Made by a program: the position numbers and the translations under genes. Positions 1-8,856 of a stretch of DNA of 64,000 bases are shown here, in pieces; positions within the stretch are counted from its first letter, which is position 1; each line of letters opens with the position of its first letter. Origin of the DNA: a candidate division WOR-3 bacterium (lineage in GTDB: Bacteria; Hydrothermota; Tepidihabitantia; B3-TA06). Under the pieces are notes generated by a model, which saw nothing but the letters and a program-made list of their open reading frames with translations, did no database searches and was not told where the DNA came from. The stretch is from contig CBFGKC010000006.1 in NCBI GenBank assembly GCA_965649265.1, positions 114,975 to 178,974 on the forward strand, read 5' to 3'.

Positions 1-915
1 AAGCGACGGGTTCATGGAGTACCCGGCCGCGTTCGAAACGCGCGATGGGCTCGACCAGGTCTCGCCGCGGTCCAGTGAATACTCGGTGAATATCTCGAAG
101 TTATAGTCAAACCGCCTGTCCATCCACGCGAGATAGATCACCGAATCCTGGACCTCTATCGTCGGCATCCACGAGCTTGCCGGGTCGTCCGTGAGGCGTG
201 TATCCTCGCTCCAGGTCATGCCCGCATCCGCCGAGCGCTTGAAATAAATCTCCCTCGAGCCCGAGCGCGCGTCCGACCAGACCACGTAGACGTTGGAATC
301 CTTTACCGCCACGCAGGGGAAGCATGAATCCGAAGGAATCTGTACGAGCCGCACATCCGCGTCCCAGGTCTGACCGGCATCCACCGATCGCTTGTAGTAA
401 ACCTCGTCCGTGGCGTTGCGGTTGTCCTCCCACACGACGTGGACGAAGGTGCCCGAAGCCGCCATCGAGCCGAAGCGCGAGCGCGCGGGGTCCGTCGTAA
501 GGCGGACCTCATCATCCCATGTCTGGCCGTCGTCCGAAGACCGGCGGAAGTACATCTCCAGGTTGCCGTCGCGCCAGTCCTGCCACAGGACGTACACGAG
601 GGAATCCTCGACCGCGATTGAAGGATATGCCGACCCGCTTGGCGTGAGGCTGACCTTCATTGCGTCGTTCCAGGTCACACCCTTATCGGCGGACCTGATG
701 TAGTAGAGGTTGTTCGGGGCCTCGGCCTCACCCCAGATGACGTGAACGGTTGCGTCCCATACCGCCATGCAGCGGGAGTTGTTGTATCCCAGGTACGACC
801 ATGTCGGTGTCTCGGAGAGCTGTTGTAACGGTTCCCAAAGAACCTCCGCGTCGAGTGTTCCGGTTCCTGAGATCGCGATAAGCAGCGAAATCATGACTGA
901 AAAGAAAGTCTTCAT
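1..915 (-). CDS. BNR/Asp-box repeat protein (sialidase-like beta-propeller), N-terminal part; ORF runs off the left window edge
   Basis: The reverse-strand frame is uninterrupted from the ATG at 913-915 (MKTFFSVMISLLIAISG, signal-like) to position 1. It carries five S-x-D-x-G-x-T-W Asp-box motifs (SADKGVTW, SSDDGQTW, SVDAGQTW, SADAGMTW, SLDRGETW). It is absent from the ORF track only because there is no stop in the window. It is a paralog of 978..2417. Confidence 0.6.
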   Translation of the reverse strand, partial: MKTFFSVMISLLIAISGTGTLDAEVLWEPLQQLSETPTWSYLGYNNSRCMAVWDATVHVIWGEAEAPNNLYYIRSADKGVTWNDAMKVSLTPSGSAYPSIAVEDSLVYVLWQDWRDGNLEMYFRRSSDDGQTWDDEVRLTTDPARSRFGSMAASGTFVHVVWEDNRNATDEVYYKRSVDAGQTWDADVRLVQIPSDSCFPCVAVKDSNVYVVWSDARSGSREIYFKRSADAGMTWSEDTRLTDDPASSWMPTIEVQDSVIYLAWMDRRFDYNFEIFTEYSLDRGETWSSPSRVSNAAGYSMNPSL

Positions 916-977
916 CCATTCCTCCTGAATGTTATTTTAAATCGAATCTGTAGAGAGACCACGGCCGTTGAAGCCAG

Positions 978-2417
978 TCAGCGTAAAACAATCAACTTGC
1001 GCGAAAGAATCCTGTCTCCGGATTCAAGAATGCACAAGTAGACGCCTTCCGGAGCCATGCTTCCGGTGATGTCGGTTCCGTCCCACGAGACCGTATGGCT
1101 GCCTTCGGGCACTCGCTCGCACAAGAGCGTCTTCACGAGTCTTCCGGAAGCGTCAAGCAGCTTCAACCGCACGCTGCCTGCCGCCGGTATGTCAAAGTAC
1201 ACCAGCGCCACGCCTGAATTTATGAGCGATATCTTTAACGCCGGTCCATCTGCGTGGGGTTTCTCGCTTGTCCCCGGTTCAGGCTTATGGGGGATTAGCG
1301 CTTTTTTGTAGTATATCTCGTGGTTGCCGCTTTCGTTGTCCTGCAGGATCATATGCAGGACAGAATCCGAGAGTGCAAGAAAAGGGCTGTAAGAAGTAGC
1401 GGTGTTATTGCTGAGATTGGTATCGGCGCTCCAGGTCGCGCCGAGGTCGGTCGAGTACTTGAAATAAATTTCGGCGTTGCCGTCGCGGAAATCGTACCAG
1501 GCGAGGTAGACGGCCGAATCGGACGTTACCATATACGGGGTGCGGGAGTGACCGGCGGCATCCGTGAGTCTTTGGTCAGGGCTCCAGGTTGTACCCGCAT
1601 CCAGCGAATGCTTGTAGTATATCTCGTGGTTGTTCCACGGGTCGTTGCGGTCGTCAGTCCATGCAACGTGAATGTTTGAGCCGTTGACCGCAATGGCAGG
1701 ATGCTCCGAGTTCTTGGGATCGTCCTCGATGCTTGCATTTTTATCCCAGCTTTGGCCTTTGTTTCCGGAATGCTTGTAGTAAATCTGTGTGCCTTCTACC
1801 CATACGATATAGACGTCTGAACCCTGTGATCGAACGGCGGGGAACGAAGAGCGGAGAACGGTTCCTGAAAGATTCGTGTCCGCACTCCACGTGGTTCCGT
1901 TATCGGTCGAACGCTTGTAATATACCTCCATGTTGCCGTCGCGGAAGTCCTGCCAGACAAGATGGAGCACCGAATCCGAAACCGCTATCGATGGATACAG
2001 CGAGGAGTCGGCGTCGAATGTCAGCCGCTGCTCTTCCGTCCAGGTGCTTCCGGAGTCCTCGGAGCGCGTGTAGTATATCTCGTTCCACGCGTTCTGCCAT
2101 ACCACGTGAACGAGCGCTCCCTCTGTCGCGATTGCAGGGTAGTCGGCGGCGCCCGGCGCGTGAGAGAGCACCGTATCCCCGAGCCACGTTTGGCCTTCGT
2201 CGAGCGAGCGGGCGTAGCGGATGTTATATGGACCGTACGCCTCGCCCCACACCGCGTGAAGGACCTTGCCCGAACGGACGAGCGACTGCGTGTTGTTGTA
2301 GCTGAGGTATGACCATGAGGGCGTGTTCGATATCTTTTGGCCGGGCTGCCACTGCGGCTGCGCCGCGAGCGTTGCCGCGAACACTAAAGCGATGACTGCT
2401 GAAAGAAGGTATTTCAT
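978..2417 (-). CDS. Secreted BNR/Asp-box repeat protein with T9SS C-terminal sorting domain
   Basis: The ORF 978..2459 is trimmed to the ATG at 2417 (MKYLLSAVIALVFAATLAA signal peptide, with GGAGG upstream). It has at least six SxDxGxTW motifs (SLDEGQTW, SEDSGSTW, STDNGTTW, SGNKGQSW, SLDAGTTW, STDLGATW). The C-terminus ...GVYLCILESGDRILSRKLIVLR matches the T9SS CTD pattern. Confidence 0.65.
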   Translation of the reverse strand: MKYLLSAVIALVFAATLAAQPQWQPGQKISNTPSWSYLSYNNTQSLVRSGKVLHAVWGEAYGPYNIRYARSLDEGQTWLGDTVLSHAPGAADYPAIATEGALVHVVWQNAWNEIYYTRSEDSGSTWTEEQRLTFDADSSLYPSIAVSDSVLHLVWQDFRDGNMEVYYKRSTDNGTTWSADTNLSGTVLRSSFPAVRSQGSDVYIVWVEGTQIYYKHSGNKGQSWDKNASIEDDPKNSEHPAIAVNGSNIHVAWTDDRNDPWNNHEIYYKHSLDAGTTWSPDQRLTDAAGHSRTPYMVTSDSAVYLAWYDFRDGNAEIYFKYSTDLGATWSADTNLSNNTATSYSPFLALSDSVLHMILQDNESGNHEIYYKKALIPHKPEPGTSEKPHADGPALKISLINSGVALVYFDIPAAGSVRLKLLDASGRLVKTLLCERVPEGSHTVSWDGTDITGSMAPEGVYLCILESGDRILSRKLIVLR

Positions 2418-2651
2418 CCGGACCTCCAGTTTTTTTCTCCGCCGTCCGGCGAAGTCCACAAAGATTGAGATAAGGATAATGTATGTCGAAAAGGCTCATT
2501 GTCAAGAGGGGGGAGGGGGCAGTGCCTGGAAGTTTGTTGCATCCGGTATTGACAACGCTTGGTCTCGGCCTATATTAAAGATGTAAACTTTGACTCCCCA
2601 CGGGGTCCCCACGCAGACGCGAAGTGGATGCGCAGGGTATAACATTCGGAG

Positions 2652-4340
2652 GTGAACGTGAAACGGTTAGTGCTTTTAATAGTAATCCCAATGATAATCT
2701 TTGCAGGGGATGGATGGGTGAGGACATATGGTGGAGGTGGAGGATGTTGTGTACAATTGACTGATGATGGTGGCTATATTATTGTTGGGGTAAATAGTGA
2801 GCATCTCTCGATTCTTAAAACTGATGGAAACGGTGATACATTGTGGACGAGTTTTTTTCCTGAAGGAATTTGGAGTATCGGGAAGAGCATTACAGAAACA
2901 AGTGATGGATGTTATATTGTAACTGGGTTATTACATGGTTCGGGGATAAATGAAGTCGGTCTTTGGTTAATTAAGGTGGATTCCGTAGGCAAAACATTGT
3001 GGTCATATGTCTACGGAAGTGAGGAAGGAGCTGACGGTGAGTGTGTACAAAAAACAAACGATGGAAACTATATAATTACTGGTATTGTTAAAGGTGATCT
3101 TTGGTTGCTTAAAGCCAACCCTCAAGGTGATACCATTTGGACGAAAAGATATGGCAGAGAGGGTTACGAGGATATCGGTTTATTCCTCGAACAAACAAAG
3201 GACGGTGGTTTCGTAATTACAGGCTATAAAGATTATTCTGTTGCTCTGGGAAGCGAACCTAATTTGTGGTTATTAAGGACTAATTCTCAAGGTGATACCC
3301 TGTGGACAAAAAACTATGGTGGTTTGGGTATTTGTAAAGGGACCTGTGTTCGTCAAACCGAAGATGAGGGGTTCATAGTTACTGGTATAAACCGTTCACT
3401 CAATGACCTATGGTTAATCAAAACCAATAACGCAGGAAACATTGTTTGGTCTAAGATATATGACTGCGGTGTTAACTGGGATGCATCACCTTGTATTCAG
3501 AAAACTATTGACGGGGGGTATATTTTAATAACTATGACTCTTGCTTTTGGTGCAGGTTCCGTAGATTTCTGGTTAGCTAGAACGAATATTGACGGCGACA
3601 CTTTATGGACACGAACCTATGGAGGAACCGGTATAGATTGGCCGTATTATGTACAACAAACAAATGACGAAGGGTACATTCTCGTAGGTTCGGGGATGGG
3701 AGGGCTTATTGTGATTAAGACAGATTCTTTAGGAGATATCGCGGTGGCTGTTTCTCCCACCGATATCGGTCGACCAGACAACGGTGGCGATTATTACGGG
3801 GTTAGACCAGGTGCATATTTTACAAATTGGGGAACATTTGAAGAAGCAAAAGGCTTCTATTGTCATTGTGAAATTGCAGATATCAATGATTCAACTTTAT
3901 TCTACCATGACAGCGTTTTAATCGCTGCTCCCATTAAACCTTGGGAAACAAGATACGTATCATTTGTTCAGTGGATTGCACCTGCGATATCCAGTTTCAC
4001 GGCAACATTCTATACAACAAAAGCCAATAATCCACAGAGAAAGTCAGTTTCCTTTCGTTGGAGCGGTATCGCTGAACCCGTAACACCCGTAAGGTACCAG
4101 GCTTCTCCAGAAATGGAGATATCCTCATCAATCGGTTCGACCATCACCCTTCGCTACTCGAACTGCGCCGACGGTTTCCGGGCGTCCGTCTACGACGCGT
4201 CTGGAAGAGAAATTGACGAGATAGAATCGTCCTCAACCTCAGGCACACTAGAATGGGGGGAGTGTTACGGGCCTGGAATGTACTTTATACTTGCCGAGGG
4301 CTCGAATAGAAGCCCGACAAAGGTCGTGCTGGTCAGGTAG
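2652..4340 (+). CDS. Secreted beta-propeller-like tandem-repeat protein with T9SS CTD
   Basis: There is an N-terminal signal/TM (LVLLIVIPMIIFAG). A repeat of about 50 aa recurs at least 6 times, marked by DGGYI(I/V)(V/T)G ... GDT(L/I)WT(K/R)xYGG. The C-terminus is GMYFILAEGSNRSPTKVVLVR. Paralogs lie at 11732..13069 and 23225..24547. Confidence 0.6.
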   Translation: MNVKRLVLLIVIPMIIFAGDGWVRTYGGGGGCCVQLTDDGGYIIVGVNSEHLSILKTDGNGDTLWTSFFPEGIWSIGKSITETSDGCYIVTGLLHGSGINEVGLWLIKVDSVGKTLWSYVYGSEEGADGECVQKTNDGNYIITGIVKGDLWLLKANPQGDTIWTKRYGREGYEDIGLFLEQTKDGGFVITGYKDYSVALGSEPNLWLLRTNSQGDTLWTKNYGGLGICKGTCVRQTEDEGFIVTGINRSLNDLWLIKTNNAGNIVWSKIYDCGVNWDASPCIQKTIDGGYILITMTLAFGAGSVDFWLARTNIDGDTLWTRTYGGTGIDWPYYVQQTNDEGYILVGSGMGGLIVIKTDSLGDIAVAVSPTDIGRPDNGGDYYGVRPGAYFTNWGTFEEAKGFYCHCEIADINDSTLFYHDSVLIAAPIKPWETRYVSFVQWIAPAISSFTATFYTTKANNPQRKSVSFRWSGIAEPVTPVRYQASPEMEISSSIGSTITLRYSNCADGFRASVYDASGREIDEIESSSTSGTLEWGECYGPGMYFILAEGSNRSPTKVVLVR

Positions 4341-4659
4341 AACCGGATGTTCGCTCGCATTGAGTGGGGGAGAGGGCTTTTGTGAAGGCGAAGAAGGTGG
4401 TTCTAGTCAGTTAAACTTCACCGCCCCCTCCCCCTCCGGATACCGGTGGAATTTTTTGTGCCCGGGACGAATGAGGCGATTGCCTCGGCCCATGCGCCTC
4501 CCAGTCGCTGTTTGTCCCACTTCTGACCCACACTTTGACCGACTGCCGTAAGGGGCGGCTGACCCTCCTTCGGAGTGTTTGAAGTTTGCCTCGATTTCAT
4601 TTTTCAGTAGGCATACTTCCCCGCAATAATCGAAATTTCGCCCTGAATATGCCATGAAA

Positions 4660-4780
4660 AAAACCCAAAATTGGCCATTTTGTCCATCTTTTGTCCCACT
4701 TTTGTCCAGCTTTTTTTACCCCAAAATAGTCGCATTTTCCTCAAGAACGGACTACAATTTTGTGGGGATTCCCGTTTTTT
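4660..4780. repeat. Dispersed noncoding repeat, copy 1 (core TTTGTCCATCTTTTGTCCCACTTTTGTCCAGCTTTTTTT)
   Basis: The core is near-identical to 49613..49665 over about 55 nt. The flanks CCCCAAAAT...CAATTTTG(T/C)GGGGA are also shared with the 49592..49765 copy. No reading frame is conserved between the two copies. Confidence 0.55.
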
Positions 4781-4885
4781 CACCCCGGACGTCCACTTCG
4801 CCTCGCTCGTATCAAGCGGACTCCCCGTTTACCCAGTTATAAAATGAGATTCCACAAGATTAAGCCTGACTTGTGCTTATGAACG

Positions 4886-7153
4886 TTATCTCAAAATCAC
4901 GAGCTTGGTTTTGTAGCGGAACGAGCTGCCTTTTGCTTCAACGAAATACACGCCGCCGGGCATAGGACGGTTGAGGTTGTCCTTCGTGTCCCAGGTGTAA
5001 CTTACGTTATTCGAATAGATTACGGAAAGAGGAACCTGTCTTACCACTTGTCCTGCGATGTTGTAAATCGTCAGATTGACCGTTTGTCCCGGATCGGCTG
5101 AAAACAAAATCTCGGTTTGATTATTGGTAATATTCGGAATACATTCGAGCCCGTCGATTGTCGAGGTCACACCTGTTTTAAGTATCGGTACTGTAACGAC
5201 ATGCGAATCGTTGTTCGAATGAGGCAGAATGATAAAAATACGTTTTCCCCTGATCTCATAACTTTGCAGTTTAACCCCGTCCATCCATAAGTTACCATTA
5301 ATTTTGTACTTGTCTGGATCGAATTCGATGACCAGGGTTTCGTCCCTGCTGAGTTTCCCGTTAAAGGAAAAGACCAGACCTATATATTTTGAATATGAGT
5401 AACTTATGTTGTGTATGTCCCGAAGCTCATCCATGAAATCGCCGTATTCGTCAGGAAACAGGTAATCGAGATGGGGAAAATCGGTTTCCATAGCGGTGAA
5501 AACCTTATTGATTTTATCGTATGCCGTATCAGAACCACCATCGAACCATGCCCATGGATGTCCAGCAGTCAGCACATATTTTCCTTTCTGCAATAATATC
5601 TTGACGGAATCATAATTATCTGGTGTATCGCCCGACCACGTTGAGGAAAGGAGCCATAGTCGATTACTAGGTGAATAAACGGGGCACACAAAAGTATTCA
5701 CTTTGGATTTCGCTCTTACGAAGGAATAATCACTGACTTTAAAACCGTGGCGGAGCAGTGAAGAAGTAAGGGAAGCGCACGTTTTGAATCCGGGGGGACG
5801 AATGAAACGCAAGGATTTGTTCGTCAGACCTAAGGAGTCGTACATCTTTTCGATTCTTACGAAAGTGGATTCAGCACCTATCGAATCGTTGTGCTCAAAC
5901 TCCCAGCCTGGCCCCAGAGAATCCGGCGTCGGATAGTCAGGCTCGCTGTCACTTGGGGTGTGGTGCAGACCGTGGCTGCCCAAACGCGCCTGGTCTTCGT
6001 AGCCGTAAATCAAGTTTGCGTTTTCTATGTTGCGCAGCCAGGCCCTGTATTCTTCAGTTGAATGGTAGAGGACATTCCTGTACTTACCGTTTACTCGCCA
6101 CCACCGGGTTTCTTCAGGGTTTTCTACCCAGGAGCTGTCCCTGACATAATTAAGCAAGATCAGCCATCCCTGTTTCATGCGAGGATGATCTTCCAACAAT
6201 CTTACCATGCAATGACTTATTGGAGTTGTCGTATCCTGTCCGGATTTAGGCACGAACCATGTGGGCGGCGATCCTGGTTTTTTAGGAACCTCAAAGGGGA
6301 TGTTGTCAAACATCATCATTACGATTTGCTCGTTCCCGTTGGGGAACGGGGAGAAGTATGCGAGAGGGCATTCGAGTGCTGTTTGAATTTCTTCTGAGGC
6401 GTTGCCTAAGACAAGTTCATAACTGCATTCGAGAACATCACCAGGGCCAAGAATGGAGTAAGATGCCGGGCCGGTCCATGAATTTATTTTTCTCAACAAC
6501 TCACTTTTTAGAGTCCATTCCTTTGAGTGTGAAATGTGGTTAAGATTCCACAATCCCCAATAAGGGTTTCTTGAGATTACCCATAACGTGGAGTAAAGAT
6601 TTCGGAATTCTAGTATAGGGAAAACACTCAAGGGAGATTTTTTTAAAGTATCAGTGTCGGAAAAAGAGTAGACTTCGCCTGTATGATTATAAGTCTTGAA
6701 AGATTCGAAAGTCGGTATCTTCGATGTGAGATCAAGCCCTTCGGGAAATTTTACCGTGTCGAGTGCCTCGAAGCGGTATTTCAAGAACAGATGATTTTCC
6801 ACAAGCGTCATTTCAATTTCTGTGGAGAGGTTAAGCGGGGTAGCACTCGAATTGGTGAATTGCGGAGAAAATATTTTAATCTTATTTGTGTCCAGTATTA
6901 CGACTTCTCCCGATGAAGGAAAGTAGTCGCCCGCCCTGAGGGCAAAAAAATCATTTGTTCCGTCAACGATCTTTTTTTCTCCGGCGGTAAGATTCAGGAT
7001 AGAACCGACAGGGGTTTTCAATTTCGTAACACTCGTAGTGACTTCAAATGAAGATGATCTTATTGACCATGTGCCGTCGAGATTATTGATTACTGTTGCG
7101 AAACCAAATCCACGGATCAATAAAAACGAAATTAAAACAAGAAAACGTTTCAT
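4886..7153 (-). CDS. Large secreted protein with T9SS CTD; possible CE4/NodB-like polysaccharide deacetylase core (weak)
   Basis: The ORF 4886..7207 is trimmed to the ATG at 7153 (MKRFLVLISFLLIRGFGFA signal). The C-terminus is GGVYFVEAKGSSFRYKTKLVILR. Motifs GSHGLHH, RFIRPPGF and LTAGHPWAWFD loosely resemble CE4 motifs 2, 3 and 5. Confidence 0.5.
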   Translation of the reverse strand: MKRFLVLISFLLIRGFGFATVINNLDGTWSIRSSSFEVTTSVTKLKTPVGSILNLTAGEKKIVDGTNDFFALRAGDYFPSSGEVVILDTNKIKIFSPQFTNSSATPLNLSTEIEMTLVENHLFLKYRFEALDTVKFPEGLDLTSKIPTFESFKTYNHTGEVYSFSDTDTLKKSPLSVFPILEFRNLYSTLWVISRNPYWGLWNLNHISHSKEWTLKSELLRKINSWTGPASYSILGPGDVLECSYELVLGNASEEIQTALECPLAYFSPFPNGNEQIVMMMFDNIPFEVPKKPGSPPTWFVPKSGQDTTTPISHCMVRLLEDHPRMKQGWLILLNYVRDSSWVENPEETRWWRVNGKYRNVLYHSTEEYRAWLRNIENANLIYGYEDQARLGSHGLHHTPSDSEPDYPTPDSLGPGWEFEHNDSIGAESTFVRIEKMYDSLGLTNKSLRFIRPPGFKTCASLTSSLLRHGFKVSDYSFVRAKSKVNTFVCPVYSPSNRLWLLSSTWSGDTPDNYDSVKILLQKGKYVLTAGHPWAWFDGGSDTAYDKINKVFTAMETDFPHLDYLFPDEYGDFMDELRDIHNISYSYSKYIGLVFSFNGKLSRDETLVIEFDPDKYKINGNLWMDGVKLQSYEIRGKRIFIILPHSNNDSHVVTVPILKTGVTSTIDGLECIPNITNNQTEILFSADPGQTVNLTIYNIAGQVVRQVPLSVIYSNNVSYTWDTKDNLNRPMPGGVYFVEAKGSSFRYKTKLVILR

Positions 7154-7437
7154 AGACTGTGTTAAAGGGCTTTGTTCAGCCAGGCAAGGAAAATTCCCGC
7201 CCTTCATGATTTTTAAAAGTAACCCGCACGGTTGATGGTATAAATATCACCACTACTACCTCTGAACAATACCCTTACCTCCTTTCATAAACAAATTATA
7301 ATATGAGGTGCGTGTTTGTCAAGGACTTATCGGAAAGAAGCATTTGTACTTTATATAGATAAGTTTGTTGTCCTTCATTCATGTCTTTTGTATTTTCTCT
7401 TGAAGCGGCACATATGATTTTTTTTGCAATGTACGAA

Positions 7438-8856
7438 TTAGCGTGTGACGGTAGACAAGTCAAAACGGGAAAACCCGGCGTCAGTGGCAATCCAGAGATA
7501 ACGATCTTGCAGAGCTACTGCGGTGACATTATCCGAAAGCAAACCGTCCTTTGATGTGAGGGAAAGCTGGTAGTTGGTTTCCGGATTGTATATGGTAACT
7601 CCGCCCTTGCCGCCGATTATTATGAGGCTGTCCGTTCCGGTTACCGAACGCTGCGGAACCGGCATAAATCCTGGGGTTACGTAATATGACCAGCCTGACC
7701 GCGATTGCTTGACCACAAGGGAGCCGGTCCAGAAATAGCGAGCGTTTTTGCCCCTAACTATCGCAAGTACGTCGTTTCGAACGAGTTTCATGCGTTCATC
7801 CTCAAGTGGAGCAGGAGAGCCTTTTGGTATTATTGCAAGCGTTATCCCATCCTCAGACGCAACGAAAAGCGAGTCTTTGTGAAAATCGACATCGTAAATT
7901 GTTTTTTGGGTGGTAATTGTTGACAGGGTTCTCGCCCCGAGATTATAAACGTCAATTTTCAGAGGGGCAAGAAGAAAGAGGTTTCCTTCTATAAGTCGAG
8001 CCTTATCATAGGTTGTCAGGCGGAGGTTCCCGGCGATGCCGTCGCTCCAGGCGGGCTGAGGACTGGTCGTGGTTCCCCAACGTGAAAATGCCCGAAATAC
8101 AGTACTTCCGTTTCTCTGAACTAACTGATCTACTCCGTTCGTACCGAAGGCGTAAAGCGAGGTATCCGAACTGAAAAAAGAACTTACATCTACAGCTCCA
8201 GGGCTTTGGTATCGTAAGAGCTCGCGCCAGGAGAGCGCGTCAAATACCAGATATCCATACCCCGGTACTGATACGTAGGCCCTGTTCCTGAATTTGAAAA
8301 CCATGGTGTAGGAGCGCTGCATGAGGGCATCATCGGTAAAAAACCACGGATTTAAATAAGGGTAACTGCGTGGTTTACTCTCAGGGGTATTCGGCCCGAA
8401 CCAGTGAGTTGTCGAATCAGGTTCAACGTTTTTCTCCTGGCCGGAGAGCTTCTCGACAGGCTGTACAAACGAGCCGTGGTCCAGAAACAGGTATTCGTTC
8501 GAGAGTCCAATTTTTGAGACAGGTGAGACTTTTGAAAGAATTATAGAACTTGTAATTCCACTCTGCGGTTGGAAAGTGTAAAGCCTGCCTTCTGTCGTGA
8601 CGACCCAAAACCCGATAATGCTGCGGTCGTATATCGCCATTGATATGTTTTGAGGCAGCCCCCTCTCTGCTCCAAATGTCTCTCCGGGCAGGTTAGTGGA
8701 GGCGTCAAGTGTTAGTATTGACGTCCTGGTTACGGCGTATACGCTGCCGAAGACGTCATCGGCCGTGAAATTTCTTATTTCGTACAGCTTCGGATACTGC
8801 TGCCAGTCCGAGGGATTAAAGAAGTATGCCAGAATCGAGAGCAGGATTGCGTTCAT
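7438..8856 (-). CDS. Hypothetical beta-propeller-like protein (C-terminal Reg_prop-like repeat)
   Basis: It is a 472-aa ORF. Its stop overlaps the nnr start at 8853..8856 (ATGA coupling). The C-terminus GLLSDNVTAVALQDRYLWIATDAGFSRFD resembles two-component-regulator propeller repeats. There is no clear signal peptide. Confidence 0.45.
   Translation of the reverse strand: MNAILLSILAYFFNPSDWQQYPKLYEIRNFTADDVFGSVYAVTRTSILTLDASTNLPGETFGAERGLPQNISMAIYDRSIIGFWVVTTEGRLYTFQPQSGITSSIILSKVSPVSKIGLSNEYLFLDHGSFVQPVEKLSGQEKNVEPDSTTHWFGPNTPESKPRSYPYLNPWFFTDDALMQRSYTMVFKFRNRAYVSVPGYGYLVFDALSWRELLRYQSPGAVDVSSFFSSDTSLYAFGTNGVDQLVQRNGSTVFRAFSRWGTTTSPQPAWSDGIAGNLRLTTYDKARLIEGNLFLLAPLKIDVYNLGARTLSTITTQKTIYDVDFHKDSLFVASEDGITLAIIPKGSPAPLEDERMKLVRNDVLAIVRGKNARYFWTGSLVVKQSRSGWSYYVTPGFMPVPQRSVTGTDSLIIIGGKGGVTIYNPETNYQLSLTSKDGLLSDNVTAVALQDRYLWIATDAGFSRFDLSTVTR

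Noticed and set aside
1733-2312. Plus-strand ORFs (190 aa and 116 aa) overlapping the BNR gene
   Set aside because: They lie antisense to a gene with strong repeat and domain evidence. They are Arg-rich and low-complexity.
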